Of a DNA stretch of 64,000 bases, positions 51,394 to 59,797 are shown piece by piece. The stretch is taken from positions 4,384,001 through 4,448,000 of the forward strand of contig OZ254086.1 of NCBI GenBank assembly GCA_965267575.1, given 5' to 3'. Origin of the DNA: Calditrichales bacterium (GTDB lineage Bacteria; Calditrichota; Calditrichia; Calditrichales; J004). Both the position numbers and the translations under genes were made by a program. The notes beneath the pieces are model-generated. The model was not told the DNA's origin and made no database searches. It saw only the letters and a program-made list of their open reading frames with translations. Each line of letters starts with the position of its first letter. Positions within the stretch are counted from its first letter, which is position 1.

Positions 51394-51471
51394 GGCGTGA
51401 AACAGGCCTCCGTCGGGAGATCCCGGTGTTGGTTCAGCCGCCAAACCGGGATGACAAGACTCCCTCACGCC
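51394..51471. repeat. REP-like nested inverted repeat
   Basis: GGCGTGA/TCACGCC, GGGAG/CTCCC and ATCCCGGT/ACCGGGAT; the inner stem ends in GGGATGACA like the 54.5-kb repeats. Confidence 0.6.
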
Positions 51472-51483
51472 ATTCACTTATGC

Positions 51484-51526
51484 CAAAATAAAAAACCCCG
51501 GCCGATCAAAAGACCAGCCGGGGTTT
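51484..51526 (-). terminator. Rho-independent terminator with no annotated gene upstream
   Basis: AAACCCCGGC/GCCGGGGTTT stem followed by a T-rich tail on the minus strand. Confidence 0.8.
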
Positions 51527-51690
51527 ATTGCTTATGTCCTCCGGAAGACCGGCGCTAGCGGTGCTTCACGGAGGCTCCTATACTTCGACTACTAATAGGA
51601 TCACCTCCTTCCTTCAGGGTATCCATGTTACGCATCAGAAAGATTCCCTGGTCCATCTTCCCGTGCAGCGGTGTTTCTATTACTATTTAA
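51484..51690 (-). ncRNA. Candidate structured small RNA or small-ORF mRNA
   Basis: AAGGAGGTGATCC (51610-51598), ATT ORF 51596-51555, hairpins at 51615-51650, 51570-51608 and 51538-51574, and a terminator. The 5' end is uncertain. Confidence 0.5.
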
Positions 51691-51819
51691 AACTCGACAG
51701 GTTCAGCAAATTATTCGGTCTTTTTTTCTTTTTAACAAAAACCTGATCAGAACACCTGCATGCATTGATTTTGTTGAACAGATTTAGCACATCAACAGCA
51801 AAGAAGCAAGAGCATCTTC

Positions 51820-51861
51820 AAAAAAAAAAGCGCCACCGGAAGATCAAAACCGGCGGCGCTT
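51820..51861 (-). terminator. Second orphan Rho-independent terminator
   Basis: GCGCCGCCGG-ttttgatctt-CCGGTGGCGC followed by ten T on the minus strand. Confidence 0.8.
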
Positions 51862-52019
51862 ATGGCTTTAGGGATTTTCTTTTTTAAATGTTAACAGGAA
51901 GATCGTCCCTTGTTTAGCGCATATTATAATTTTCATTCAGCTGATCGTTTTTTTGCCAGTTGCAATCCGGTTGCAGGAAATCGTCGTAACGGATATTTTA
52001 GGATGTTTAAGGAGGAGCT

Positions 52020-52364
52020 ATGAAGGAAGAACAAAAATCTTTCGTGCGCATGCGCGCCATAGAGGGAAAATCGATCACCAGCATTTCACGTGAGCTGGAA
52101 CAAGACGAAGCTACATTGCGCCAGTGGGATGAAAAGCTGAGTGATGAAATACAGCGCGCCAAGGCGGCGGAATACGATCGCATAATTGAATATTTTAAGC
52201 TTGATAAGGTGAGCCGGATACGCTACCTGGCAGAGACCTACGTACGCTTGCAAAAAGAACTGGACAAGCGCGACTTTAGCGGACTGCCCACGGATAAGCT
52301 TTACTATATCCTGAATGACGTTTATATGCTTATCGAAGAAGAACAGCAAGGCCCGGAAGAGTAA
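52020..52364 (+). CDS. Small hypothetical protein with N-terminal HTH-like motif
   Basis: AAGGAGGAG ribosome-binding site; GKSITSISRELEQDEATLRQW. Confidence 0.75.
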   Translation: MKEEQKSFVRMRAIEGKSITSISRELEQDEATLRQWDEKLSDEIQRAKAAEYDRIIEYFKLDKVSRIRYLAETYVRLQKELDKRDFSGLPTDKLYYILNDVYMLIEEEQQGPEE

Positions 52365-52484
52365 ACGAGAATTTGGTTTAGCCTCAGGGTGGTTTGCCGG
52401 GTTATGAGCGAGAAGAGACTTCCTTCAAGTAAAAGATTAAGAATCATGAGCATGATCAAGAGTAAGATTAATAAGGAGATATGC

Positions 52485-54359
52485 ATGTTTTTGCGTATGA
52501 TTGTTTTTACGGTTTTATCCGTTTTTGTATTTGTTAGCTGCGTTGAGCAGAAAAAGCTGGCAGAAGTTGTAACCGACCCGCACAGTTATGCCAATTTTGA
52601 AGATGTGGTTGTTGAACATCTGCATCTTGACCTTCAGCTTGATTTTGAAGCGAAGGTTATGCGCGGCAAGGCAGAGCTTTCGATAAACAATAAAAGCGGC
52701 GTAAAGGAACTTGTTCTCGATACGCGCCAGCTTAACATTAAAAGCGTGACTCTGGATGATGAGGACGCTGCGGTTGAATTTGTGATGGGTCCGGCGCATC
52801 CGTTGGAAGGCAGCTCGCTGACTATCCCGATAAGCGATTCTACAAAAACAGTTCATATCTCGTATTCCACCAGCCCTGAAGCCGAAGCGCTGCAATGGCT
52901 GGAGCCGGAACTGACCACCGGGGGCAACCTGCCCTTTCTGTTTTCCCAGAACCAGCCGATCCTGGCTCGCACCTGGATACCCTGCCAGGACAGCCCCGCC
53001 GTGCGGATGACTTACACGGCACGCATCAAAACACGGCCCGACGTTCTGGTTGTGATGAGCGCTGAAAATCCGATTGAAAAGAGTCCCGACGGCGAATACC
53101 TGTTTACCATGACGCAGCCTATCCCCAGTTATTTGATCGCTTTGGCCGCCGGTGACCTGGCCTTTGGCGAGCTGGGACCGCGGAGCGGCGTTTACGCCGA
53201 ACCGTCGGTGCTGGAAAAAGCCGTTTATGAATTTGGCGATACGGAAAAGATGATGGACGCGGCCGAAGCGTTGTACGGCCCCTATCGCTGGGAACGCTAC
53301 GATATCCTGGTGCTGCCGCCGAGTTTTCCTTTTGGCGGCATGGAGAATCCGCGGCTGACCTTTGCCACCCCGACAATCCTTGCCGGCGACCGCTCGCTGA
53401 ATGCGCTGGTGGCGCACGAGCTGGCCCACAGCTGGTCCGGCAACCTGGTGACCAACGCCACGTGGGAAGATATCTGGCTGAATGAAGGCTTTACCAGCTA
53501 TATCGAAAACCGCATCATCGAAGCGCTGTATAGCGAGGATTACGCTAATATGCTGAAAGTGCTTGACTACCAGAAACTGCAAAAGGAACTGGACAGGCTG
53601 GGACGCGAAGACCCCGATACGAAACTACATGTGGACCTGGAACAGCGTGACCCCGACGATGGCCTTAGCGCAATCGCATACGACAAAGGGCATTTTTTCC
53701 TGTACACGCTGGAAAAATATTTTGGCCGGGAAAAGTGGGACGCGTTCCTGCAAAAATACTTTGAGACGTTTGCCTTTAAGCCGATGACCAGCGCCAAATT
53801 TATTGATTTCGCGCGCGAACAGCTTGTGCAGGGCGACATACAGATGCGTCAGGACCTGGCGCTGCACCAATGGGTTTACGGGCCGGGGCTGCCGGAAAAT
53901 GTGGCTGTGCCCGGCTCCAATGAATTTGCCCGGGTGGACGCGCAACGCGAGGTGTTTATTAACGGCGCCGATGCTGCCACGCTGGAAACCGGCGACTGGA
54001 CTACACATCACTGGCTGTACTTTTTACGCAACCTGCCAAAGGACCTGACGCCGGAGCAGATGGCCGACCTGGACGAAGCATACGACCTGACCAGCCACGG
54101 CAATTCCGAAATACAGTTTGCCTGGCTTTACCTGACCGTGCCGGATAATTACGAGCCGGCGCAGCAGGCTGCCGAAACGTTTTTGAAAAACGTCGGGCGT
54201 ATTAAATTTGTGGCACCACTTTTTAGCGCTGTTATTAATAGTGACATGGGCCTTGAAGGAGCACAGCGTATTTACGGGGAGGCTAAAGAAGGCTACCATC
54301 CTCTGACGCGTCGTGCTGTAGAGGCGGTGTTGAACAGGCAAAGTGAGGAAAGCAGTTAA
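52485..54359 (+). CDS. M1 family aminopeptidase (leukotriene A4 hydrolase-like)
   Basis: GGMEN, HELAH..WLNEGF, AYDKG. ATG at 52485 after AAGGAG; possible lipoprotein (FVSC). Confidence 0.95.
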   Translation: MFLRMIVFTVLSVFVFVSCVEQKKLAEVVTDPHSYANFEDVVVEHLHLDLQLDFEAKVMRGKAELSINNKSGVKELVLDTRQLNIKSVTLDDEDAAVEFVMGPAHPLEGSSLTIPISDSTKTVHISYSTSPEAEALQWLEPELTTGGNLPFLFSQNQPILARTWIPCQDSPAVRMTYTARIKTRPDVLVVMSAENPIEKSPDGEYLFTMTQPIPSYLIALAAGDLAFGELGPRSGVYAEPSVLEKAVYEFGDTEKMMDAAEALYGPYRWERYDILVLPPSFPFGGMENPRLTFATPTILAGDRSLNALVAHELAHSWSGNLVTNATWEDIWLNEGFTSYIENRIIEALYSEDYANMLKVLDYQKLQKELDRLGREDPDTKLHVDLEQRDPDDGLSAIAYDKGHFFLYTLEKYFGREKWDAFLQKYFETFAFKPMTSAKFIDFAREQLVQGDIQMRQDLALHQWVYGPGLPENVAVPGSNEFARVDAQREVFINGADAATLETGDWTTHHWLYFLRNLPKDLTPEQMADLDEAYDLTSHGNSEIQFAWLYLTVPDNYEPAQQAAETFLKNVGRIKFVAPLFSAVINSDMGLEGAQRIYGEAKEGYHPLTRRAVEAVLNRQSEESS

Positions 54360-54447
54360 GGCTTGTTTCATGGTGTTGCCGTAAAAGCAGGTAGCGTGTC
54401 TCGCCTGCCGGGGATGTCCGGCTTATCGATACAAGGGACGCGCCCTG

Positions 54448-54628
54448 TGGATTCCTGCATGCGCAGGAATGACAATGGCGACGTTGTGAAAGATTGCATG
54501 GTCTATTTGAAAAAAGGCTTCCTTTGGTGTCATCCCCGCGAAGGCAGGGATCCATCACGTACTAAACAGGGGTGTCCCGTTTTACAAGGCAGGACGATCC
54601 GTGGATTCCCGCATGTGCAGGAATGACA
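54448..54628. repeat. Three REP-like palindromes in alternating orientation
   Basis: TGGATTCCTGCATGCGCAGGAATGACA (54448-54474), TGTCATCCCCGCGAAGGCAGGGATCCA (54528-54554), TGGATTCCCGCATGTGCAGGAATGACA (54602-54628). Confidence 0.85.
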
Positions 54629-54686
54629 GGATTGGGGGAATGTAACTCCGCAGAAACGAAATAATTAGGAAAGGGGTTTTTAAATT

Positions 54687-56753
54687 ATGAGACCAATGAT
54701 TTTTTTGGTTGTTTCACTTTTTATTGGCGCGATCGGCAAGCTGGCCGGGCAGACGCTGACCGCGCATGAACTGGTGGCGCTGAAGGACGTCGCCGACGTT
54801 TCCATCAGCAAGGATGGACGCTATATCGCCTACAAGGTATCGGTGCCGCGGGGCTATGCAGAGAAGCCCGGCTCCAACTGGGGCGAGCTGTATCTTTACG
54901 ATCGTGAAAGCGGTGAATCGAAGGGGCTGATGACCGGCAGCGTAACAATCTACGAGCCGCGGATAAGTCCGGATGGCAAGACGGTGGCATTCCGCTACAA
55001 GGGCAAGGGCGACTCCAGGCGCCAGGTCTACCACATGCCGCTGGATGGCAGCGACACGATACGCATAACAAACAGCGCGACAACCGTGGAAGCCTTCCGC
55101 TGGCGGCCAGACGGCAAGGCGATCGCCTATATAGCCGAAACGCCGGAAACGGAACGAGAGGAAACATTGGATTCGCTGGGCTATAATTTTATCTATTATG
55201 AAGAAGAGTGGAAGCACCAGAATATTTACCTGCAAGAGCTGGGCGGAGACGCGCGCCAACTAACCAGCAACATCACCGCCTGGGAAATTGACTTTTCACC
55301 CAAAGGCGACAAGATCGCTTTCAGCGGATCGGCCAAAAACCTGATCGACTATAAGTATGTTTTCAACCACATTTATCTGCTGGATGTGACCGGTGGCGAG
55401 TACAAACAGATATCAAAGAATCCTGGCAAACTGGCCAACTTTGCTTTCAGTCCGGATGGCCGGCATATCGCCTACTGCGGCGCGGCTTCCAAAAGTGATC
55501 ACCATGAGAGCCAGGCTTATGTGATCCCGGCGGAAGGCGGCACGGCTATCAACCTGACGCCTCCCAACTTTATGGGCCACATTGAGTGGGTTGGCTGGAT
55601 GGACAAGGACCAGGTGCTGTATCGCGCGGCGGAGGGCACGGCCATGTCGCTCAATATTGTCCCGCGGGATGGCGGCGATCGCACCGTGTTGCTGCACTCT
55701 GAAGAAAACGGCAACGGGGTGATTTTTTTCGAGCCACAGTACACGGCCAACCTGAAGCACGTGGCTTTTGCCGGCCAGACGCCCACACATCCCGACGAGC
55801 TGTTCTACTGGCAGCCGGGACAATCGCCGCAGCGCCTTACCAACCTGAACCCGATTCTGGAAGAGCGTGAGCTGGGTAAGCAGGAAGTGTACACGTACAA
55901 AGCGCGCGACGGCCAGGAGATCGAAGGCATCTTGATTTATCCCGTGGGTTATGAAGAGGACAAGCGTTATCCGCTGATTATGCAGGTCCATGGCGGTCCC
56001 GAATCGCATTATCCTAACCGCTTTGTATCGCGTTACGCCAATCCTGGGCAAACGCTGGCCGGTGAAGACTACCTGGTGTTCTTCCCCAATTACCGGGCAA
56101 GCACGGGCTACGGGCTAGAGTTCGCGGCGGTTGGTTACGGTGATGCGGCAGGGGTGGAGTTTGATGACGTCGCCGATGGTATCGACGCGCTGATTGCTGA
56201 CGGTTTGGCCGATAAAGAACGCGTTGGCCTGGGTGGCAAGTCATACGGTGGTTATGCCTCGGCCTGGTTTGCCACATACTACACGGAGAAGGTGAATGCA
56301 GTCTGCATGTTTGTGGGCATCTCCGATCTGATCAGCAAGCGCGGTACCACGGACATACCGTACGAAGAACTGTATGTGCACTCCGGCCAGAAGCTGGAGG
56401 AGATGTGGCAGCAAAGCCTGGAACGCAGCCCGATATATCACGCCCATAAGAGCAAAACCGCCACCCTTATCTACGGCGGAGCGGACGATACGCGCGTGCA
56501 TCCTTCGCAGAGCTTTGAGCTTTACCGGCGTATGAAGATGAACGATCACCCGGCAGTACGCCTGGTGCAATACCCCGGCGAAAAGCACGACAACAACAAG
56601 CAGACCAGTAAACTGGATCTATGCCTGCGCCAGATTGACTGGTTTAACTGGTATGTACGCGACAACAAGCCGCTGGACGGTCCCATGCCCCCGCTGGACA
56701 TCAGCGACAAATACGGGCTGGATTTGGATGATGGGGATATGGCGAAGAAGTAA
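54687..56753 (+). CDS. S9 family (prolyl oligopeptidase/acylaminoacyl) peptidase
   Basis: PD40-like SPDG repeats, VHGGP, GKSYGG, DTRV, PGEKH. Confidence 0.95.
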   Translation: MRPMIFLVVSLFIGAIGKLAGQTLTAHELVALKDVADVSISKDGRYIAYKVSVPRGYAEKPGSNWGELYLYDRESGESKGLMTGSVTIYEPRISPDGKTVAFRYKGKGDSRRQVYHMPLDGSDTIRITNSATTVEAFRWRPDGKAIAYIAETPETEREETLDSLGYNFIYYEEEWKHQNIYLQELGGDARQLTSNITAWEIDFSPKGDKIAFSGSAKNLIDYKYVFNHIYLLDVTGGEYKQISKNPGKLANFAFSPDGRHIAYCGAASKSDHHESQAYVIPAEGGTAINLTPPNFMGHIEWVGWMDKDQVLYRAAEGTAMSLNIVPRDGGDRTVLLHSEENGNGVIFFEPQYTANLKHVAFAGQTPTHPDELFYWQPGQSPQRLTNLNPILEERELGKQEVYTYKARDGQEIEGILIYPVGYEEDKRYPLIMQVHGGPESHYPNRFVSRYANPGQTLAGEDYLVFFPNYRASTGYGLEFAAVGYGDAAGVEFDDVADGIDALIADGLADKERVGLGGKSYGGYASAWFATYYTEKVNAVCMFVGISDLISKRGTTDIPYEELYVHSGQKLEEMWQQSLERSPIYHAHKSKTATLIYGGADDTRVHPSQSFELYRRMKMNDHPAVRLVQYPGEKHDNNKQTSKLDLCLRQIDWFNWYVRDNKPLDGPMPPLDISDKYGLDLDDGDMAKK

Positions 56754-56766
56754 TAACAATTTGGTT

Positions 56767-56793
56767 GTAGAGACGCACGGCCGTGCGTCTCTA
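56767..56793. repeat. GTAG-type REP palindrome
   Basis: GTAGAGACGCACGGCCGTGCGTCTCTA upstream of the transposase. Confidence 0.9.
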
Positions 56794-56818
56794 TATTGTT
56801 TTTGTCCAGGCATCCAAA

Positions 56819-57394
56819 ATGAATGACAAATACAAAAATAAATATCGAATCCCATCCGCGAGATTGAGCGGTTGGGATTACAGTCAAAATGGCTATTACT
56901 TCATTACGGTGTGCACAGCCAATCGAGAAAAACTGTTCGGTGAGATAATAGATACAAAAATGGTTTTGTCAGAAACAGGTATTATCGTAATGGAAGAATG
57001 GGAAAATTCTTTCAAAATACGCACCGAATTGTTTTGCGACGTGTTTGTAATAATGCCAAATCATATTCACGCCATTCTGCGCATTGAAAAACCGGAATAT
57101 GATGTTAAACGCTGTAGAGACGCACGGCCGTGCGTCTCTACAATGGCGACAACTGGAGACAAACAATCTTACGGTGTGGCCTATCGATCCCCTAAATCTA
57201 TTTCCTCATTTGTAGCTGGATTTAAATCAGTGGCAACCAGAAAAATTAATGTTCTTCGAAATACGCCAGGATTACCTGTTTGGCAAACCCGTTTTCACGA
57301 CCACATCATTAGGGACATAAAAACGTATCACCGGATCGCACACTACATTAATAATAATCCGGCCTTATGGCAGGAAGACAAATACTATAAATGA
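56819..57394 (+). mobile_element. REP-associated tyrosine transposase (RAYT, IS200/IS605-superfamily Y1)
   Basis: YFITVCT, HUH motif MPNHIHAI, WQTRFHDHIIR, catalytic-Tyr region YINNNP; AT-rich; REP copies beside and inside the gene. Confidence 0.92.
57113..57142. repeat. Perfect 30-bp REP palindrome inside the RAYT coding sequence
   Basis: TGTAGAGACGCACGG|CCGTGCGTCTCTACA, translated in frame as CRDARPCVST. Confidence 0.9.
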
Positions 57395-57502
57395 TTATTT
57401 ACATTTTGGAAAATATAATATTAAATATTTGAACACTCCACCCTCCCCTTCTTATGTTGCCCATACACATAATCTTCAAAAACAGGTTACTAGTTATTTT
57501 TT

Positions 57503-57946
57503 ATGATACGTGTTCACATAGTAGAAACCATCCACCGCCCGGTGGAAGAGGTGTTTGAGCAGCTGACCGATATTTCCAATTGGCCCACATGGATGTCTAA
57601 AAATGGCATCTTTATCACCTGCCGCCAGGAATCCGATGGACCCGTAGCGCAAGGGACAACCTATATGGACATCACCAAAATGGGTAAGATAAAAGGCGAG
57701 GTCAGCGAAATGGAAAAGCCGCGCAAGGTGGTATTTCACTATTGGGCGCGACTGTTTGGTTCCAAAATGATGGAAGGCTGGCCGGGCTACGAGCTGCAGA
57801 AGCTTGGTCCGCAAAAGACCAAAGTGATCCACCATGCGGAGGGCCGTTTATTTGGCTGGTTCAAGCTGTTCAAACCACTGGTTCAGAAGATTGCCAACAA
57901 GGAGAGGCGGCTTACCTTACAGTCGCTGAAGCGCTCGCTGGAATAA
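57503..57946 (+). CDS. SRPBCC family protein
   Basis: IHRPVEEVFEQLTDISNWPTW and C-terminal helix LQSLKRSLE. Confidence 0.85.
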   Translation: MIRVHIVETIHRPVEEVFEQLTDISNWPTWMSKNGIFITCRQESDGPVAQGTTYMDITKMGKIKGEVSEMEKPRKVVFHYWARLFGSKMMEGWPGYELQKLGPQKTKVIHHAEGRLFGWFKLFKPLVQKIANKERRLTLQSLKRSLE

Positions 57947-57972
57947 TCAGTAAATAAATAAAGGCTCAGCCC

Positions 57973-59385
57973 TTATATAGCGTTGTTCTCCTCAAACCAG
58001 CTGATAATGTGCGGATAAAGATCCGCCAGTGTTTGTCCGGCTTTACGGTTTTTATACAATGTAGTCAGATAGCCGTTGAACTGTTCAAACATAATAAAGC
58101 CACGGCTTCTAACCATCATCCGTTCCACGCGGTCAAACATTTTTTCGTGCTCTTCCTCCGGCGCGTAATCAATAAAGCGCAGGCACACCAGCCCCCAGTT
58201 TAAATATTCATTGAAAACGGCATTGCCGCCATAGTAATCGTCGGGCCGGCTTTTCTCCACCCACTTGGCGCGGTTGCTGACGGCCTTTGCCACACGTTGA
58301 AAATATTTGTCTGCTTCCGGGTTGATGTAACCATGGTTCAGCTCGGTAAAAACAATATTGCCGCGGAAGATGCGTTCCGATTGCTTAGAAAGTCTCCCCC
58401 AGGAGCCACCGCGGAAATCGGCCGGGTAAGGGAAATTGACGTGTGGCTGCAATTCACGGAAGCCATTGCTCTCAAACCACGTAACCGACTGGTTGTAAGA
58501 GACCAGCGGCGAAAAGATGATGTTATAGTAATCGTATGGATCTGCTTCGGGGAAGTGGCTGCTCAGCCAGCGCTCCATTTCCCTGACATCTGCCGTATCA
58601 CGGTAAAAAGCGATCTGATTTTCATATATGGAATGATGGTTTTTAAAAAAGTTGCGGAAACCGCTGGCGTCGGCGAAGGACTGCATATCTTCAAGATAAG
58701 GGCGCAGCGAATTATTACGATTTCCGGCAAAACCGGTACGATCATATATTTTGCTTTGAATGATTTTATCGTTGTCATCAAACACAAACGCATTGCCGTT
58801 CATCTTTATCGAGGCATAAAAGCCGCTGTTGCTTTTAAACAGGGAATCCAATTTGGTGACCAGGCTGTGTTCTTTAAACGGGTCAAACCATTCACGCATG
58901 CTTTTATAATAGTGTGAGTTTTGATATACATAATTGCTGTTTTTTTGACCCAGCCCGGTTAAGGCGAACGCCACATTGACCAGTTCATAAACTTCAGGAA
59001 CCTGTATATCGATCTTTCCACGGTGAATGCTTTGGTAATCTTCATCGAAAACGGCAGCCGGTATAAAGCGTTTCCCAATAATTTGCGTGTAGCATAACTT
59101 CCCATCATACTCAATGATAAAATTGTAGGTTTTGCCTTCCTCCACCTCAAATCCAATAGAATCGACGTCCGTAATAAAAACGACTTTATGTGCTTTCCCG
59201 TTGATCAGGTCAGCCTGGTACACATCCGGTTTAAATTCCGGCGCGAGGCGCCAGGCGTTTTTTCTAAAATTCTCACCATCCAGAACAGATATTACAGGAA
59301 CATTTGATTTGATGGTTGGCTGATCCTGGGCGTACACTAAGACGAGTGTTAACAGGATATACAAAGTAATAAGGGGCGTTTTCAT
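57973..59385 (-). CDS. DUF4932-like secreted protein
   Basis: PEVYEL, F..ASGFRNFF, TELNHGYINP, FNEY, RGF. Signal peptide from the ATG at 59385. Confidence 0.7.
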   Translation of the reverse strand: MKTPLITLYILLTLVLVYAQDQPTIKSNVPVISVLDGENFRKNAWRLAPEFKPDVYQADLINGKAHKVVFITDVDSIGFEVEEGKTYNFIIEYDGKLCYTQIIGKRFIPAAVFDEDYQSIHRGKIDIQVPEVYELVNVAFALTGLGQKNSNYVYQNSHYYKSMREWFDPFKEHSLVTKLDSLFKSNSGFYASIKMNGNAFVFDDNDKIIQSKIYDRTGFAGNRNNSLRPYLEDMQSFADASGFRNFFKNHHSIYENQIAFYRDTADVREMERWLSSHFPEADPYDYYNIIFSPLVSYNQSVTWFESNGFRELQPHVNFPYPADFRGGSWGRLSKQSERIFRGNIVFTELNHGYINPEADKYFQRVAKAVSNRAKWVEKSRPDDYYGGNAVFNEYLNWGLVCLRFIDYAPEEEHEKMFDRVERMMVRSRGFIMFEQFNGYLTTLYKNRKAGQTLADLYPHIISWFEENNAI

Positions 59386-59570
59386 TTTTTTTCTCCATCT
59401 TTTTGCTTTTGACAGCCCTATGACGCAAAAAACCGGCAATTGTTATCGTATATGGAAATTTTCCGGAAATGTCGATACAGCTTGTTCTCAGGCACGCGAT
59501 TTGATTGTGCCGGAAGGGTGCTGTATTATCATGAATCCGTCTTACTCCCCGTTCAAAAGGGAGAAGTATT

Positions 59571-59705
59571 ATGACACCAATAATAATGATTATTACTTAT
59601 GCCATTCCGTTTATAATTATTGCCTTTTTTATGTGGCTGGCACTGCGCTTTGTAAATGCTATTGAACGCATCGCCAATAGCGTGGATAACAAAAGGAATC
59701 CGTAG
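59571..59705 (+). CDS. Small single-TM protein (44 aa), absent from the ORF track
   Basis: AAGGGAG upstream; MTPIIMIITYAIPFIIIAFFMWLALRFVNAIERIANSVDNKRNP. Confidence 0.65.
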   Translation: MTPIIMIITYAIPFIIIAFFMWLALRFVNAIERIANSVDNKRNP

Positions 59706-59797
59706 GATTTTCTGCGATCTCCGCGCTTGCTTTTTAAGCAGCCTTTCCTTACCCTGTCACGTTTTTTACCCAACGACTAACTTCCGGGGGATGACTG

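Noticed and set aside
51598..51613. GGATCACCTCCTT read as a 16S rRNA gene fragment
   Set aside because: The preceding 16S helix-45 sequence (for example GTAACAAGGTAGCCGTA) is absent, so it is interpreted as a minus-strand SD instead.
51528..51746. 72-aa plus-strand ORF in the structured intergenic region
   Set aside because: No RBS, it starts at the edge of a terminator, and the SD and terminators all point to the minus strand.
52020..52364. HTH protein as a possible prophage or terminase small-subunit remnant
   Set aside because: No integrase, att site or other phage genes in the window.
52515..53582. 355-aa ORF antisense to the M1 aminopeptidase
   Set aside because: Shadow ORF caused by codon bias.
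54448..54628. Possible CRISPR array
   Set aside because: Only three units, in alternating orientation and with divergent sequence, and no cas genes; this fits REP elements.
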